Shown: piece by piece, positions 11,704 through 23,770 of the stretch
Position numbering within the stretch: the first letter of the stretch is position 1
Layout of the letters: the number at the start of each line of letters is the position of its first letter
Source of the DNA: Octopus sinensis
Lineage: Eukaryota
Length of the DNA stretch: 64,000 bases
Direction of reading: 5' to 3'
Assembly (NCBI RefSeq): GCF_006345805.1
Contig: NC_043009.1
Coordinates: forward strand, 7,998,001 to 8,062,000
Made by a program: the position numbers and the translations under genes
The notes under the pieces: generated by a model
Databases searched by the model: none
What the model was told of the DNA's origin: nothing
Seen by the model: only the letters and a program-made list of their open reading frames with translations

Positions 11704-11934
11704 ACCGGAGTAAACACATAAATGTGAAACAAGGTGGAAAAAAGAGTACTCAAATACCAGTGGTAGAGTAATATACTTTATTTAAAGCAGCAGAAAATTC
11801 AACAAAACCTGTTACTCTGAGTTTCCCGTTGCCGTTCATCTATTCCAGTCTTTGCAAAAACTGTCCGATGAACGGCAACGGGAAACTCAGAGTAACAGGT
11901 TTTGTTGAATTTTCTGCTGCTTTAAATAAAGTAT
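11704..11934. mobile_element. Fold-back Penelope-like (pLTR-type) fragment with perfect 68-bp inverted repeat
   Basis: 11773-11840 is the exact reverse complement of 11867-11934, with a 26-nt loop. Each arm has AATAAA, and the element is flanked by (TA)n. PLE assignment is inferred from the hammerhead-like motif and architecture. Confidence 0.7.
11861..11898 (+). ncRNA. Type I minimal hammerhead-like ribozyme motif (variant core)
   Basis: Stem I CTGT/ACAG, core CCGATGA, short stem II CG-GCAA-CG, GAAA, palindromic stem III ACTC-A-GAGT, and putative cleavage triplet GTA (11892-11894). Confidence 0.55.
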
Positions 11935-11936
11935 GT

Positions 11937-11976
<40 letters not shown>

Positions 11977-12084
11977 CATACATACAATATCTTACATATT
12001 GTTGTTGCTTTCTCTTTATCCACTCATTCGTGATGTTTTTAGCCCTCATTTTTGCTCTTTGCTGTCTTGAAGTTTCTGTTCAGT

Positions 12085-12510
12085 TGCTCAACTGGCTAGA
12101 AACAGCAATGACCCACCCCTCTCAAAATTCCCTTAATTACACTCTGTTACCATCTTAAAAAGAACGCATTTGATAATATAGTCAGAGATAGGCTATTCCT
12201 GGAAATATTATGGAGTTTTCAGTTAGAATGATGTTGATGATAGTTTTACTCAGTCGGAGTTGACCTGGGGCTAAACAACATCATCAAAACAACAGTCTCT
12301 TTGACGCCTCTACAAAGTCCCTCAAACTGTTAAAAATAACAGCTAAAAGAAAAAAAAAAACTCACATCCACATACTTTCCATTTAAAAGAGTGTTAAGGC
12401 ACAGCAGACAATGTAGTCGATGTGAGATAAGTGTTCAGATTAGATGGTCATGGATGGAATATCTTTAATAATAGATCTGCTCAATCAGGGCTAAACATCA
12501 ACAATAATAA
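12085..12510 (+). mobile_element. Two tandem copies of degenerate family E repeat (ends GGGCTAAACAACAAC)
   Basis: Shared GCTAGAAA(T/C)AGCA...TTAAAAAG...CTGGGGCTAAAC. Related pieces near 45880-46070, 46530-46750, 47450-47600, 47975-48200, 49060-49300, 55130-55440 and 62650-62800. Confidence 0.6.
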
Positions 12511-12781
12511 CTTCCACATCTCCCCCCCCATCTCTTGTTGTAATTTGCTTATCTATCCAGTCATCAATCTGGCTATCCTTGCTTTGTTTTTCATATTCTT
12601 TTGTTTTAATTTGAACTCCCGTCTCCACCCTTCCCCCCCACCTTTTCCAGTCTTCTATTCCAGTCTTTGCTCTCTCTCTTTGTTTCACCCATACTCTTTC
12701 ACATTTTCTTTCACTAAATCTCTTTTCATTCTCATTCTCCCTTTCTCTCATTCTATTTATCTCTCTAACACATTCTCATCC

Positions 12782-12784
<3 letters not shown>

Positions 12785-12818
<34 letters not shown>

Positions 12819-13043
12819 ACACACACACACACACACACACACACGTACATACACACACACACACACACGTATGTATGAATAAATGGTAATTAGCAACGTG
12901 TGTGTGTGTGTGTCTGTGTGTATGTGTGTAAAGAGTAAGTATAGCATACTATCTCTGAGGAAAATAAAATTCTTTGTTTGTGGTATGTGCATGTGTGTAA
13001 TGAAAATGAAAAATTCTGTGTGTCTGTTGCATGTATGTGTATC

Positions 13044-13132
<89 letters not shown>

Positions 13133-13267
13133 GTGTGTGTGTGTGTTTAAGAATATATGTACTCACACACACGTGTGTGTGTGTGTGTGTGTGTATAACT
13201 CTTAATGCTAACATTTCTTCTGATATATGATAGATTAGATTAATAGACTAAAAGAGAAATGAAAAAG

Positions 13268-13306
<39 letters not shown>

Positions 13307-13385
13307 AGAAAGAGAGAGAAAGAAAGAGAAAGAAAGAGAGAGAGAGAAAGAGAAAGAAAGAGAGAGAAAGAAAGAAAGAAGAGAA
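12785..13385. repeat. Microsatellite cluster (CA)n, (TG)n(TA)n, (GA/GAAA)n
   Basis: Directly visible. Confidence 0.95.
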
Positions 13386-13863
13386 GAAGATGGTGGAACA
13401 AAGCGTCTAAAACTGAGTCTGGGTAAAATAATTACCAAAAACTAGCAAAGATCAAAATCAAAATAAAGGCAGCAGACAACAAGATAGAAAAGGTAGTTTT
13501 CTCACTAAACTTGTCTGTTTGTCTGACCACCACCACCACCACCGTTAGTTTTCTTAGTCTAAACCCCATCACCATCCACCCAGATTTCTCATTTTCTTAA
13601 GTCTGATTACCTCTACCCACCCCACTGTCACCACCCCGTTATGGTCTTTTAAACAGCTCTCCCTCTCATATGTCAGCATGTATGTGTTGTAAGAGACTAA
13701 AACAAACATTACAAGGTAAGAAGAACGTATTTATCGGTTTATGAATGGCTGTCTCTGACTGTGTGTGTGTGGTGTGTCTTTTATAAAGTTGTTTTGTATA
13801 CAGAATGACAAAACTAACAAATTTCTGTGTGTTAAATGCAGTTAAAAGATGAGTAATTTTTAA

Positions 13864-14296
13864 CCCTTTAGCATTCAAACTGGCCATATCCAGCCCTTAC
13901 CTGTTTTACACACAATCTATCAAGGTTTGGCCTCTTACACCTTACCCTATAATGTTATTCTAAAATTATACAGTATCCTCATCGATGTCTCAAAGCTACA
14001 AAATAATTGCATGATAACCCTTTCGTTACCAACCCGGCTGAAACCGGCTCTGGCTTTGAATACAAATGTCTTGTTATCATAAGTTTTGAATTAAAATCTT
14101 CCACCAAACCTTAGTTAAAATTTCTGTTCCTAACACTAGCTGAATGATAACAAAATTATTTTACTAAATTCTTTGTTATATTTAAAGTAATTGAAAGAAA
14201 CACAGAGCATCTCAAAATAAATACAGTAACGAAAGGTTCCAAACAATGTGAATAAATAAGCATTACATTTGACAGAGTAGTCTGAATACTAAAGGG
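13864..14296. mobile_element. piggyBac-like MITE family 1 interrupted by a family 2 MITE (14018-14237)
   Basis: Outer ends TTAA-CCCTTTAGCATT ... AATACTAAAGGG. Inner ends CCCTTTCGTTACC ... GTAACGAAAGG. Confidence 0.8.
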
Positions 14297-14560
14297 CTGA
14301 ATGTCTAACAACATAGAAATAGAAAGATAACTGGATGAAAGGACTTGATGCATGCATAGAGTTAACAAAATTAGGGTGTCTGTTTTAAGGTCTGCCCTAG
14401 TATGGCCACAATCCAATGTCTAAGCTAATAAAAGACTAAAAGTTCACACACACATACACACATTCTTTCTAACACAATTACATGTAGATGATATATAAAC
14501 TCACTTGTCTGCATGTGTGAATACACACACACAAGCATATATATATGTTTGTATGTGTGT

Positions 14561-14785
14561 AAAGGCGGCGAGCTGGCAGAAACGTTAGCACGCCGGGTGA
14601 AATGCTTAGCGGTATTTCGTCTGCCGCTATGTTCTGAGTTCAAATTCCGCCAAGGTCAACTTTGCCTTTCATCCTTTCGGGATCGATTAAATAAGTACCA
14701 GTTACGCACTGGGGTAACTTAATCCGTTTGTCTGTCATTGTTTGTCCCCTCTGTGTGTAGCCCCTTGTATGCAGTAAAGAAATAA
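14561..14785 (+). mobile_element. SINE family B (tRNA-like head + conserved central domain)
   Basis: GAGCTGGCAGAA head, GAGTTCAAATTCC B box, and TTTGCCTTTCATCCTTTCGGGATCGATTAAATAAGTACCAG central domain. CpG-rich. Confidence 0.9.
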
Positions 14786-15631
14786 AACCTATATATAACT
14801 ACTCCAGCATGGCCTTATCCATAACGTTAAAAGAAACCAAGAACTAAGTTTACATCTCTAAACACTACTTAATACATATTCCTGCAAAATACACAGACAC
14901 AAAACTGTTTCCAAACTCCTGTAATTTCTTCTGTTTCCTTCTTATGAAGCAAAACTACACACATAATAAAGTAGTATTAAGTCTAAACACTTTGTTAAAC
15001 ATATAACTCAAGATATCTAATATATCTAATCATTTTTTTCTTTTGTCACCTCATTCTTTACTTTTTCTTCAGTGTCTTATGAACAATGGCCTGTGTTTTT
15101 ACCTCTGTTTATATCTGTATCATTTTATCTTTGAATATCTCTCCATTACAACCATTCTGTCTATCTCACTGTTCCTGTCTGTTTACTTCTCTATCCCTCT
15201 CTTTTATTATTCTGTATCTCTATCACACTCTTGTACACTCTGTCACTCTATCTACTACTCTCTCTCTCTCTCTCTCTGCCACATACTATCTTTTTATCAC
15301 TCTTCCCCTGTTCTCACTGTCTTTTATTCTGTATCGTACTTAGTTTCTCACTCTCACCATCACTCCATTTCTATATCTCTCTCTGACTCTGTCCTACCTG
15401 TACACCTCTATCTATCGCTTTCTGCTTTCATCTCTTCATCTGTCTCCATATATGACTGTGTGGTTAAGAAGTTCACTTTGCAACTACATAATATCTGGTT
15501 CAGTTCCACTGTGCAGCACCTTGGGTAATAGTGTCTCCTACAACCTTGGGCTGACCAATGTCTTGTGAGTGAATTTTGGTTGATAGAAAATGTGTGAAAG
15601 TCCATTGTGTGTGTGTATATATATTTATCAC

Positions 15632-15870
15632 CCGTGCTGGTGCCATGTAAAATGCACCCATGCTAGTTCCATGTATAAAGCACTGACTGGTACTGGTGCC
15701 ATGAAAAAAGCAGCCAGTACATTCTGTAAAGTGGTTGGCATTAACAAGGACATCCAGCCATAGGAACCATGCAAAAACAAATAGCTTGAACCTGGTGCAA
15801 CTCTCAGGTTGGCCAGCTCCTGACAAATCACCCAACTCATGCCAGCATGGAAAATGTTAAATTATGATTA
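15632..15870 (+). mobile_element. Family D element
   Basis: Degenerate GGAAGGGCATCC motif and CCCAACTCATGCCAGCATGGAAAATG 3' end. Confidence 0.75.
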
Positions 15871-15900
15871 TATATATATATGTGTGTGTGTGTGTGTATC

Positions 15901-16492
15901 ATAGGTACAGGAGTGGCTGTGTGGTAAGTAGCTTGCTTACCAACCACATGGTTCTGGGTTCAGTCCCACTGCATGGCACCTTGGGCAAGTGTCTTCTACT
16001 ATAGCCTTGGGCCGACCAAACCCTTGTGAGTGGATTTGGTAGACGGAAACTGAAAGAAGCCAGTTGTGTTTTTTCTCTCTCTCTCTTTCTTTCTAACTTT
16101 TCTCTTTTCAAAATAAAAAATGTTTCTTCCAGTGTTCACTATTTTCCTCTCATTTTGGTCCAACGACCCTCTGTGTTTCTTTTCATTCGGTTTCCTTGTA
16201 TGTCTCCACTGTCATGTTTCTGTTCCCAACTTTGACTCTCCATAAATCCTAAATTTTATTTTAGAATTTATGGGAGCAACTGTCTTTGAAGACTCATATT
16301 GTCATTGAGTGCTCAAAATGAGGAGTAGATGGACAGCCAACAACTGATGAAGGATCCTTTCTCTGTGTTTACTTGTCCTGTTTTTCATTTTATTTATCAT
16401 TGTTTACATATTTCATGTTATTTGCACCATTGGTGACATCCTGTACCCATATGTGCATGTATATATATATTATTTATATATATGTATGTATG

Positions 16493-16528
<36 letters not shown>

Positions 16529-16715
16529 AATGTGTGTCTGTGCTTATCCCTCCCCTATCGCTTGACAATCAATTTTGGTGTGTTTACGTCCCTGTAACTT
16601 AGTGGTTTGGCAAAAGAGACCAATAGAATAAAGAATAAGTCCTAGGATCGATTTGTTTTGACTAAAGATAGTGCTCTAGCATGGCCAACAGTCAAATGAC
16701 TGAAACAAATAAAAA
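15901..16715 (+). mobile_element. SINE family A split by a ~380-bp unrelated insert (16065-16445)
   Basis: Head at 15901-16062, then foreign sequence, microsatellite, and module A at 16531-16715. Confidence 0.75.
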
Positions 16716-16717
16716 AA

Positions 16718-17128
16718 TATAGGAGTGGCCGTGTGGTAAATAGCTTGCTTACCAGCGACATGGTTCTGGGTTCAGTCCCACTGTATGACACCATGTACAA
16801 GTGTCTTCTACTTTAGCCTTGGACCGACCAAAGCCTTGTGAGTGGATTTGGTAGACTGTAACTGAAAGAAGGCCATTGTATATATACATACATATATATA
16901 TATATATATAATGTGTGTGTGTTTGTGTCTCTGTGTTTGTTCCCCCAACATCGCTTCACAACTGATGCTGGTGCATTTACGTCCCTGTAGCTTAGCAGTT
17001 CGGCAAAAGAGACTGATAGAATAAATACCAGACTTAAATGAGAAGTACTGGGGTTGATTTGCTTCACTAAAGCCTTCAAGGTGGTACCCCAGCATGGCTG
17101 CAGTCCAATGACTGAAACAAGTAAAAGA
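16718..17128 (+). mobile_element. SINE family A
   Basis: Complete head, microsatellite and module A. Confidence 0.9.
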
Positions 17129-17582
17129 CTAATGGAGATAATTTCAAAGTGGAAGATTGTACCAATGTTGCTTCAATTTTTCTGGGTCTCCAAGAATGGC
17201 AGAAGGAGAGGAGGAAGTTATCCAATAATTGCATGGAGACCTGATCCAAATGCTTAGAAATAATGTGAACTCTGTCGAAGACATCCAAAGGACCTGGTGT
17301 AGGTGCTCTTATCAAGCAATGAACTAAATCTATGACCCAAGAACTAAGAATGCAAAGAGCTCAAACAAATACTGCAAAGCATATCATCTGATACTCTGAT
17401 AATCCCATCAGTCCACTAGAAATACTAATCCTGTATTGGTAGTTTTAGTTTATCTACCCCAAAAGTTGACCTCAGCAGGATTTGAGCTCATAACACAGAA
17501 ATGAAATAAAATACTGCAAGGTCCTTCAGCCTATGTCCTAACAGCTCTAGTGCATTTTTTCTTTCATTGTCTTTTTCTCTAC

Positions 17583-17970
17583 ATAGGCACATGCATGGCT
17601 GTGTGGTCAAGGTTACTTTGCAACAACATGCTTTCAAGTTCAATCCCACTGCACAGCACCTTGGCCAAGTGTCTTCTGCTTTAACCCTGAGCCAACCAAT
17701 GCCTCATGAGTGAATTTAGGAAACAGGAACTGTGTGGAAGCCCATTGTGTGCACATGCACCTTTGTGTTTGTATTCGTTCTCCTCACTACTTGACATCTT
17801 ATGTTGGTTTGTTTACATCCCTGTACTTTAATGTTTAATGGCAAAAGTGATGAACAGAATAGGTTCTTAGAAATAAGTACTGGCGTCAATTTATTCTACT
17901 AAAACCCTTCAGAGAGGTGCCCCAGCATGGCCGAACTCTAATAACTGAAATAAGCAAAAGATTAAAGATA
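17583..17970 (+). mobile_element. SINE family A (older)
   Basis: Degenerate head CACCTTGGCCAAGTGTC plus module A. Confidence 0.8.
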
Positions 17971-18244
17971 ATTCTTCTCACTCTCTGTTTCTCTCAATTA
18001 AGCCTCAAGTCTGCCTATTTATCCATGTGGAAGATTGATTAATCTTAGAGGTGGTTGTCATTTTATAATCATAATGTTTTAATATGCATATTTATTGCAC
18101 TAAAATATGGAGGCTGGGGGTTTACACTGCTCATGGCCCTAGCCCCTCCTTGTCAACAGCTATATTCTCAGTTCCTCTTTCTGTTTCTTTCTCTACATCT
18201 ATCTCATTATCTCTGTATCTGTCTCTCTGCTTATCTCTCTGAAT

Positions 18245-18289
<45 letters not shown>

Positions 18290-18693
18290 ATATATATATA
18301 TATATATCTATCTCTCTGCCTGTTGATTGAAGTAGTAACAACAGCTGACTGTATAAAAATGTTACTTTTCAGGCATTAAATATTTTCTCTCGCTTGTTCT
18401 AACAACAAAAGCAGATCAACAAATATTTACTTAGATATTTACCTGTAAACAGATTTCTATTTTCCTTACCTTTTATATAGTAGTTTGTGAGCAACAGCAT
18501 TGTTTGTTACAGGTTTCTAAGTGGCCAATCATTGGTTAAGTCCATTTCTGACAGAGAGAAGGGCATGGGACTGTCTCTAAGTATAGAACCAACATCTGTA
18601 GGGAATTTTTTTGTAAAGCACTGGCTTTACAAGTTTCTTAACATTTTTATGTTTACATGTGTGTGTTGCATGCACACACACACACACACACAC

Positions 18694-18700
18694 TTTATAT

Positions 18701-18744
<44 letters not shown>

Positions 18745-18769
18745 TATATTATTATATTATATATATATT

Positions 18770-18824
<55 letters not shown>

Positions 18825-18872
18825 ATTTATTATATAGTATATATTTTATATATATATTATATATATATAATT

Positions 18873-18927
<55 letters not shown>

Positions 18928-19137
18928 ACTATATTTATATATATATATATTTAATATATATATATTTATATATATATTTATATATATATATATATTTATA
19001 TATATATTTATATATATTATATATTTATATATATATATTTATTATTTATATTATTATTTATATATTATATATTTATATATATATATATTTTATATTATAT
19101 ATATATATTTATATATATTTATATAATTATATATATT

Positions 19138-19233
<96 letters not shown>

Positions 19234-19236
19234 ATT
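18694..19236. repeat. 543-bp almost pure A/T (TA)n-derived tract
   Basis: Only two G/C bases seen (G 18837, C 18929). Confidence 0.95.
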
Positions 19237-19574
19237 GAACTGAACTGAATGTTATCTTGCAATTTGAGTTTCATGCTACTGCAGTCTTCAGGTGAGAATG
19301 GTTACAATATGCTTTTGGTGGAATGTTTATAGGAGTGGATATGGTTTCAAGCTTGCATTTGTTTATTGATCTGTTTTGAGTTTGCAGATTGGCTTTCCTT
19401 TATTTTTCAGATTCCTCTTCAGATTTTTTGAAGCAGAGGTATGTTTCTAATTATGTGTATGAACACACACACTTGTATATAAATATGATACCCTGCACTT
19501 TTTCTGTCTACAAAAAATCCACCCATAAAGAAGTATTTGTTAACCTGAAGCTATGGTAGAAGATATTTGATTAA

Positions 19575-19796
19575 CCCTTTTGTTACCATATTTCTGTTGA
19601 GATGCTCTGTGTTTCTTTCAATTAATTTTAAATATAACAAAGAATTCAGTAAAATTACTTAATTATTATTAAGCTGGTTTTAAGAACATAAATTGTAACT
19701 AAGGTTTCATGGAAGATTTTAATTCAGAACTTTTGAAAACAAGACATTTGTACTACAGAGCCAGAGGTGGTTTCATCCTGGCTGGTATCAAAAGTG
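19575..19796. mobile_element. piggyBac-like MITE family 2
   Basis: TTAA-CCCTTTTGTTACC ... GGTATCAAAAGTG-TTAA. Reverse orientation of 14018-14237. Confidence 0.8.
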
Positions 19797-20589
19797 TTAA
19801 GGTGCTCAGTAGAGGGATTTCAACATTGACATACATTGTTGTGAAGTAAACCTCTTGACTACACAGCCATACTTGCACCCATTCACAGATTGATATAAAC
19901 GTAAAGATATAGAAAGATACAAATAAACAGATAATACCTGAGTAGATGGACAAATGACTATGTATAGAGTTGGATGGATGGATAGGCAGACAGACAGACA
20001 GACAGACAGACAGATGGTTATATGCAAGGATGGAGAAGATGTGAATAGACACAGATATGGCTAGTTAGTTAGTTAGATATGTGTGGAGATGGAATTGATG
20101 GGTGAGTATGTAAATTGATTGATTGATTGATTGATTTACTTGTAGAAAGAGAATAATTGTCATGATTAAATTAATTGAGTAATGAACTAACTTAAATTAA
20201 ACTTTCAAATAAAGTGAGCAGGGGTGTACACATTCTCTCACTGGAGCTACAGAGAAAGCTGCTTGGTGGCCTTTGATAAAGAAGCAGATTCGTGGCTTGT
20301 TATGAGATGCAAGCCAGGACATGGTCTCTCTTGACTGAGTGAACAGAGCAAAGAGGTCTGACAGTGTAAGATTCAAACCCCCCATGACACTAAGAACATC
20401 ACTACTTTTGTATTCAATAGTGCAAGATTCATCTCCCACTCCTCATGATTCCAATAATGTTACTGATGATGTATGTATCCAAGACCATTTAAGAGATCTA
20501 CCTTGAAACCCAAGTGTAAATCAGTACAGGGTATTAAATGGCTGAAATAGAATTAAACACGAGGTGAAGATTATTTTAGCCACAACTGA

Positions 20590-21010
20590 AATTTCTGGTG
20601 ATTTGCTGTGCTTGAGAAAACACATCAAGCTAAGTGAAATCATGGTTGTGGCCAGTGCCAGTGACACTTAAAAGGCACCTGTGCCAGTGATGTGCAAAAG
20701 GTACCTGTGCTAGTGACACATAGGAAGCACCTGTGCCAGTGACATGTTGATGGCACTCATGCTTGTAACATGAAGCGCACCTGTGCTAGGGACTGTGCTG
20801 GTAACATATGAAAGGCACCTGTGCCAATGACACATAAAAGGCATATAGTATCTCAGTAAAGTGGTTAGCATTAGGAAGGGCATCCAGTTGTAGAAACTAA
20901 ATCAGAACACACAACTGGAGCCTGGTGCAGCTCTCTGGCTTACCAGCTCCGGTCAAACTGTCTAACCATTGCCAGCATAGAAAATGGACTTTAAATGATG
21001 ATGATGATAG
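20590..21010 (+). mobile_element. Family D element with expanded internal ~25-bp tandem repeat
   Basis: Multiple GCACCTGTGCCAGTGACA...AAAAG units upstream of GGAAGGGCATCC, and a (GAT)n tail. Confidence 0.8.
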
Positions 21011-23039
21011 TGATTTTGCAAGTCCTCCAAGACCGATGAAATTGTTGCAGGTCAACATTGGCAAGAAAGATGAGCTGAGAAAAGATTTCAGAGGGATGAT
21101 GTTGTGGGAAAGAAGGATTGGGAGTAATGATTAATGCAGGAAAAAAGGGGAGTTGGATACAACAAAGATAAGAGATGGAGAGATGAGTTGCTCAGAAGAG
21201 CCTGAGACTTATGACACCTGAGAATGACAGACAGTGTGTTAACAAGTCTATGAAAAGATTTTATCTCAGACAATTCCACTGTTTCATGCTTTTTAATGCT
21301 GTATTTACTTTTAGTATGATACACTGATGACAATTTTAATTAAATACTGTTTCAGTTGTATATGTTGAGTTTTTGCTGCAACCTGGCAAGCTTCCACAAT
21401 ACCAGCAATTTTTTTTATGCACTATTTCTTATACATTGAGACATGAATTTCATTTAAACAGGTGACATTTGAGTATACAACATTGACAAGTTTCAAGAAA
21501 GGTCAAATGTTTCTGTCATTCTTGAGAGTCACTGCAGCAATGATGTTCATTTTGCACTGATATATATTGTTTTTAACCTAAGTCTATAAAAACATTTTAT
21601 CTCAGACTTTTTCACAGCATCATGCCTGCTAATATTGTCCATACATTTAATATGATACACAAATGGCAATTCATCATTGTGTAATGCATGGTAGATACAG
21701 CAGTTTGATGGAACTCATTGATCTCCAAGTTTTACATATTTCAACGACAACACCACCACCACCACTGCTTCCAGTGCTGAGCAGTTCCAGAGTTATCAGC
21801 TAAACAAGTCTGTCCAAACACCAACATACATACTTTGTATCACATTCTAGTTAAACATTTCCTTCTACTTCATATTTCTCAGCTGAAAAATAAATATTTC
21901 TCTCAGTTTTATCTTTGAATGGCCAGAATTAAGAATCTGTAAATACCAGTTCCAATAATAATTCAAGCAAATATCTGCATTTTTAGAACTATCTAACCTT
22001 TATTAGCTTGGAAAATCTAATGTAAACTTGGAGAAATCAATAATAATCATACTTGTTAACATCAGCCACTGTTTAACAGCTGGTCTGTTATATTTCATTA
22101 TAGATTTGTTTGATATTGACCAGCCACATATTCTTTTATTCGTTACTGTCTTTGGATAATGGACATGCTGGGGCACCTTTAAGGCATTTGGTCAACTATA
22201 TTGACACCGCAACTTTGTCTGGTATTTATTTTGTCAATAGCTGTTTATTGAATGGTTAAGTTTTATCTTTCTTTGTAATGGGCAAAAACTCAATACTTAA
22301 TATCATATGGTATTTTTGGTTATCACAACAATTATGTACCAACACACCTCATCATCATCATCATTTTTAATGTCCACCTTCCCATGCTTGCATTGTTTGA
22401 ATGGAATTTATTGAGACAGATTTTCTATGGTTGGGTGCACTTCCTGTCAACAATCCTTACCGGTTTCCAAATAAAGTAATATTACCCCATGACCAGACAT
22501 TTTTTACAGAACATTGGAAATGAAGGAAGTTCGCGAAGGAAATAAATATCTTTTATTTAATTGTGTTGCTGATTAATGCATGTTGTCCTTATTAGTTGAG
22601 CTGTTTCAAGCTAGGTTTAAGTTTTATGACTGATTTAAACAGCATTTACTATGAAGCTCTCTTCATAGGCAGCAGGGTAAGAGATATTTGTCCTCTGAAG
22701 AGTGGCCAATGAACCATGAAAAATCTCAGGGCACTCTCCTTAGTTTTTGTGTGTGAAGAGAATAACAAAATGCTCATGTTTATAACACATGCTATGGAAA
22801 GGTCATAGGTGTTATAAACTGTAGTCAAAGTACATAAAATTCAGAATGCTTGAAACATATATAATGTAGATAAATCTACAGCTATTTATTTGGAAACCTT
22901 ATCTTTGAGTTTCTTTCAGAATAATTGTTCCTCATCAAGGATGTACTACCTTGGTTACCTACAGAACTTTGGTTACCTACAGAACTTTGAACCTAAATCA
23001 CTATATATAGCAGGCTATAACATTAAGAGCTGTACTCCT

Positions 23040-23770
23040 CCTCCTCATCATTTAATGTCTGTTTTTCATGCTGGCATGGGTTGGATGTTTTGACCAGAGC
23101 TGACGAACAGGAGAGCTGCTCTAGGTTCCAGTCTGATTTGGCTTGATTTCTATGGCTGGATACCCTTCCTAATGCCAACCACTTTATAGGGTGTGCTGGG
23201 TGCTTTTTATGTGGCACTGGCATAGGTGCTTTTATGTGGTGCTAGCATAGGTATCATTATGTAGTGCCAGCACAGGAGCTTTTCATGTGGCACCAACATG
23301 GTTGCTTTTTATGTGGTACAAGATTCTTGCAGGCTAGTCCTCCTCAGCAAGGGAGTGGCATTAACAACACTGCTGTGAAGGATGGGTCTTCTTGAGCACA
23401 GCAAGATGCCAGATATCCGTACATCATCATCATTTAATGTCCGTTATCCATGCTGGCATGTGTTAGACAGTTTGCCCAGGGCTGTTAAACTGGAAGGCTG
23501 CACCAGACCCCAGTCTGATTTGGCATGATTTTCTATGGCCAGATGCCCATCCATACACCAACCCGCTCTGAAAGCGTACGTAATATGTGCATTTACATGC
23601 CACCAGCACATGTGCCATTTGTGTGACACCAGTATCTTCCATGCCTGTGATTTTGCTCAGATTGACCGGTCTTCTTCTCAAGCACAACATAATGCCAAAG
23701 GTCTCAGTCATTGCCTCTGTGAGGCCAAGCACTTGAAAGGAACTCAGCCACTTTGCCTCTGTGAGGCCCA
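23040..23770 (-). mobile_element. Two tandem family D elements
   Basis: CATCATTTAATGTC starts at ~23047 and ~23427, each with a TGCCC(T/A)TCC-like core. Confidence 0.75.

Noticed and set aside
17130-17420. Possible RLE C-terminal remnant (VGAL-like, TAKHII)
   Set aside because: Motifs too short and frame-broken to support without a profile search.
19410-19437. Micro-exon-like segments with good splice signals (also 22643-22676, 31998-32055, 45064-45116, and the acceptor at 57170)
   Set aside because: Such signals arise often by chance in AT-rich DNA, occur on both strands here, and do not join into a recognisable protein.
20197-20439. 80-aa minus ORF with faint resemblance to a transposase N-terminus
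   Set aside because: No catalytic motif, TIR or TSD found.
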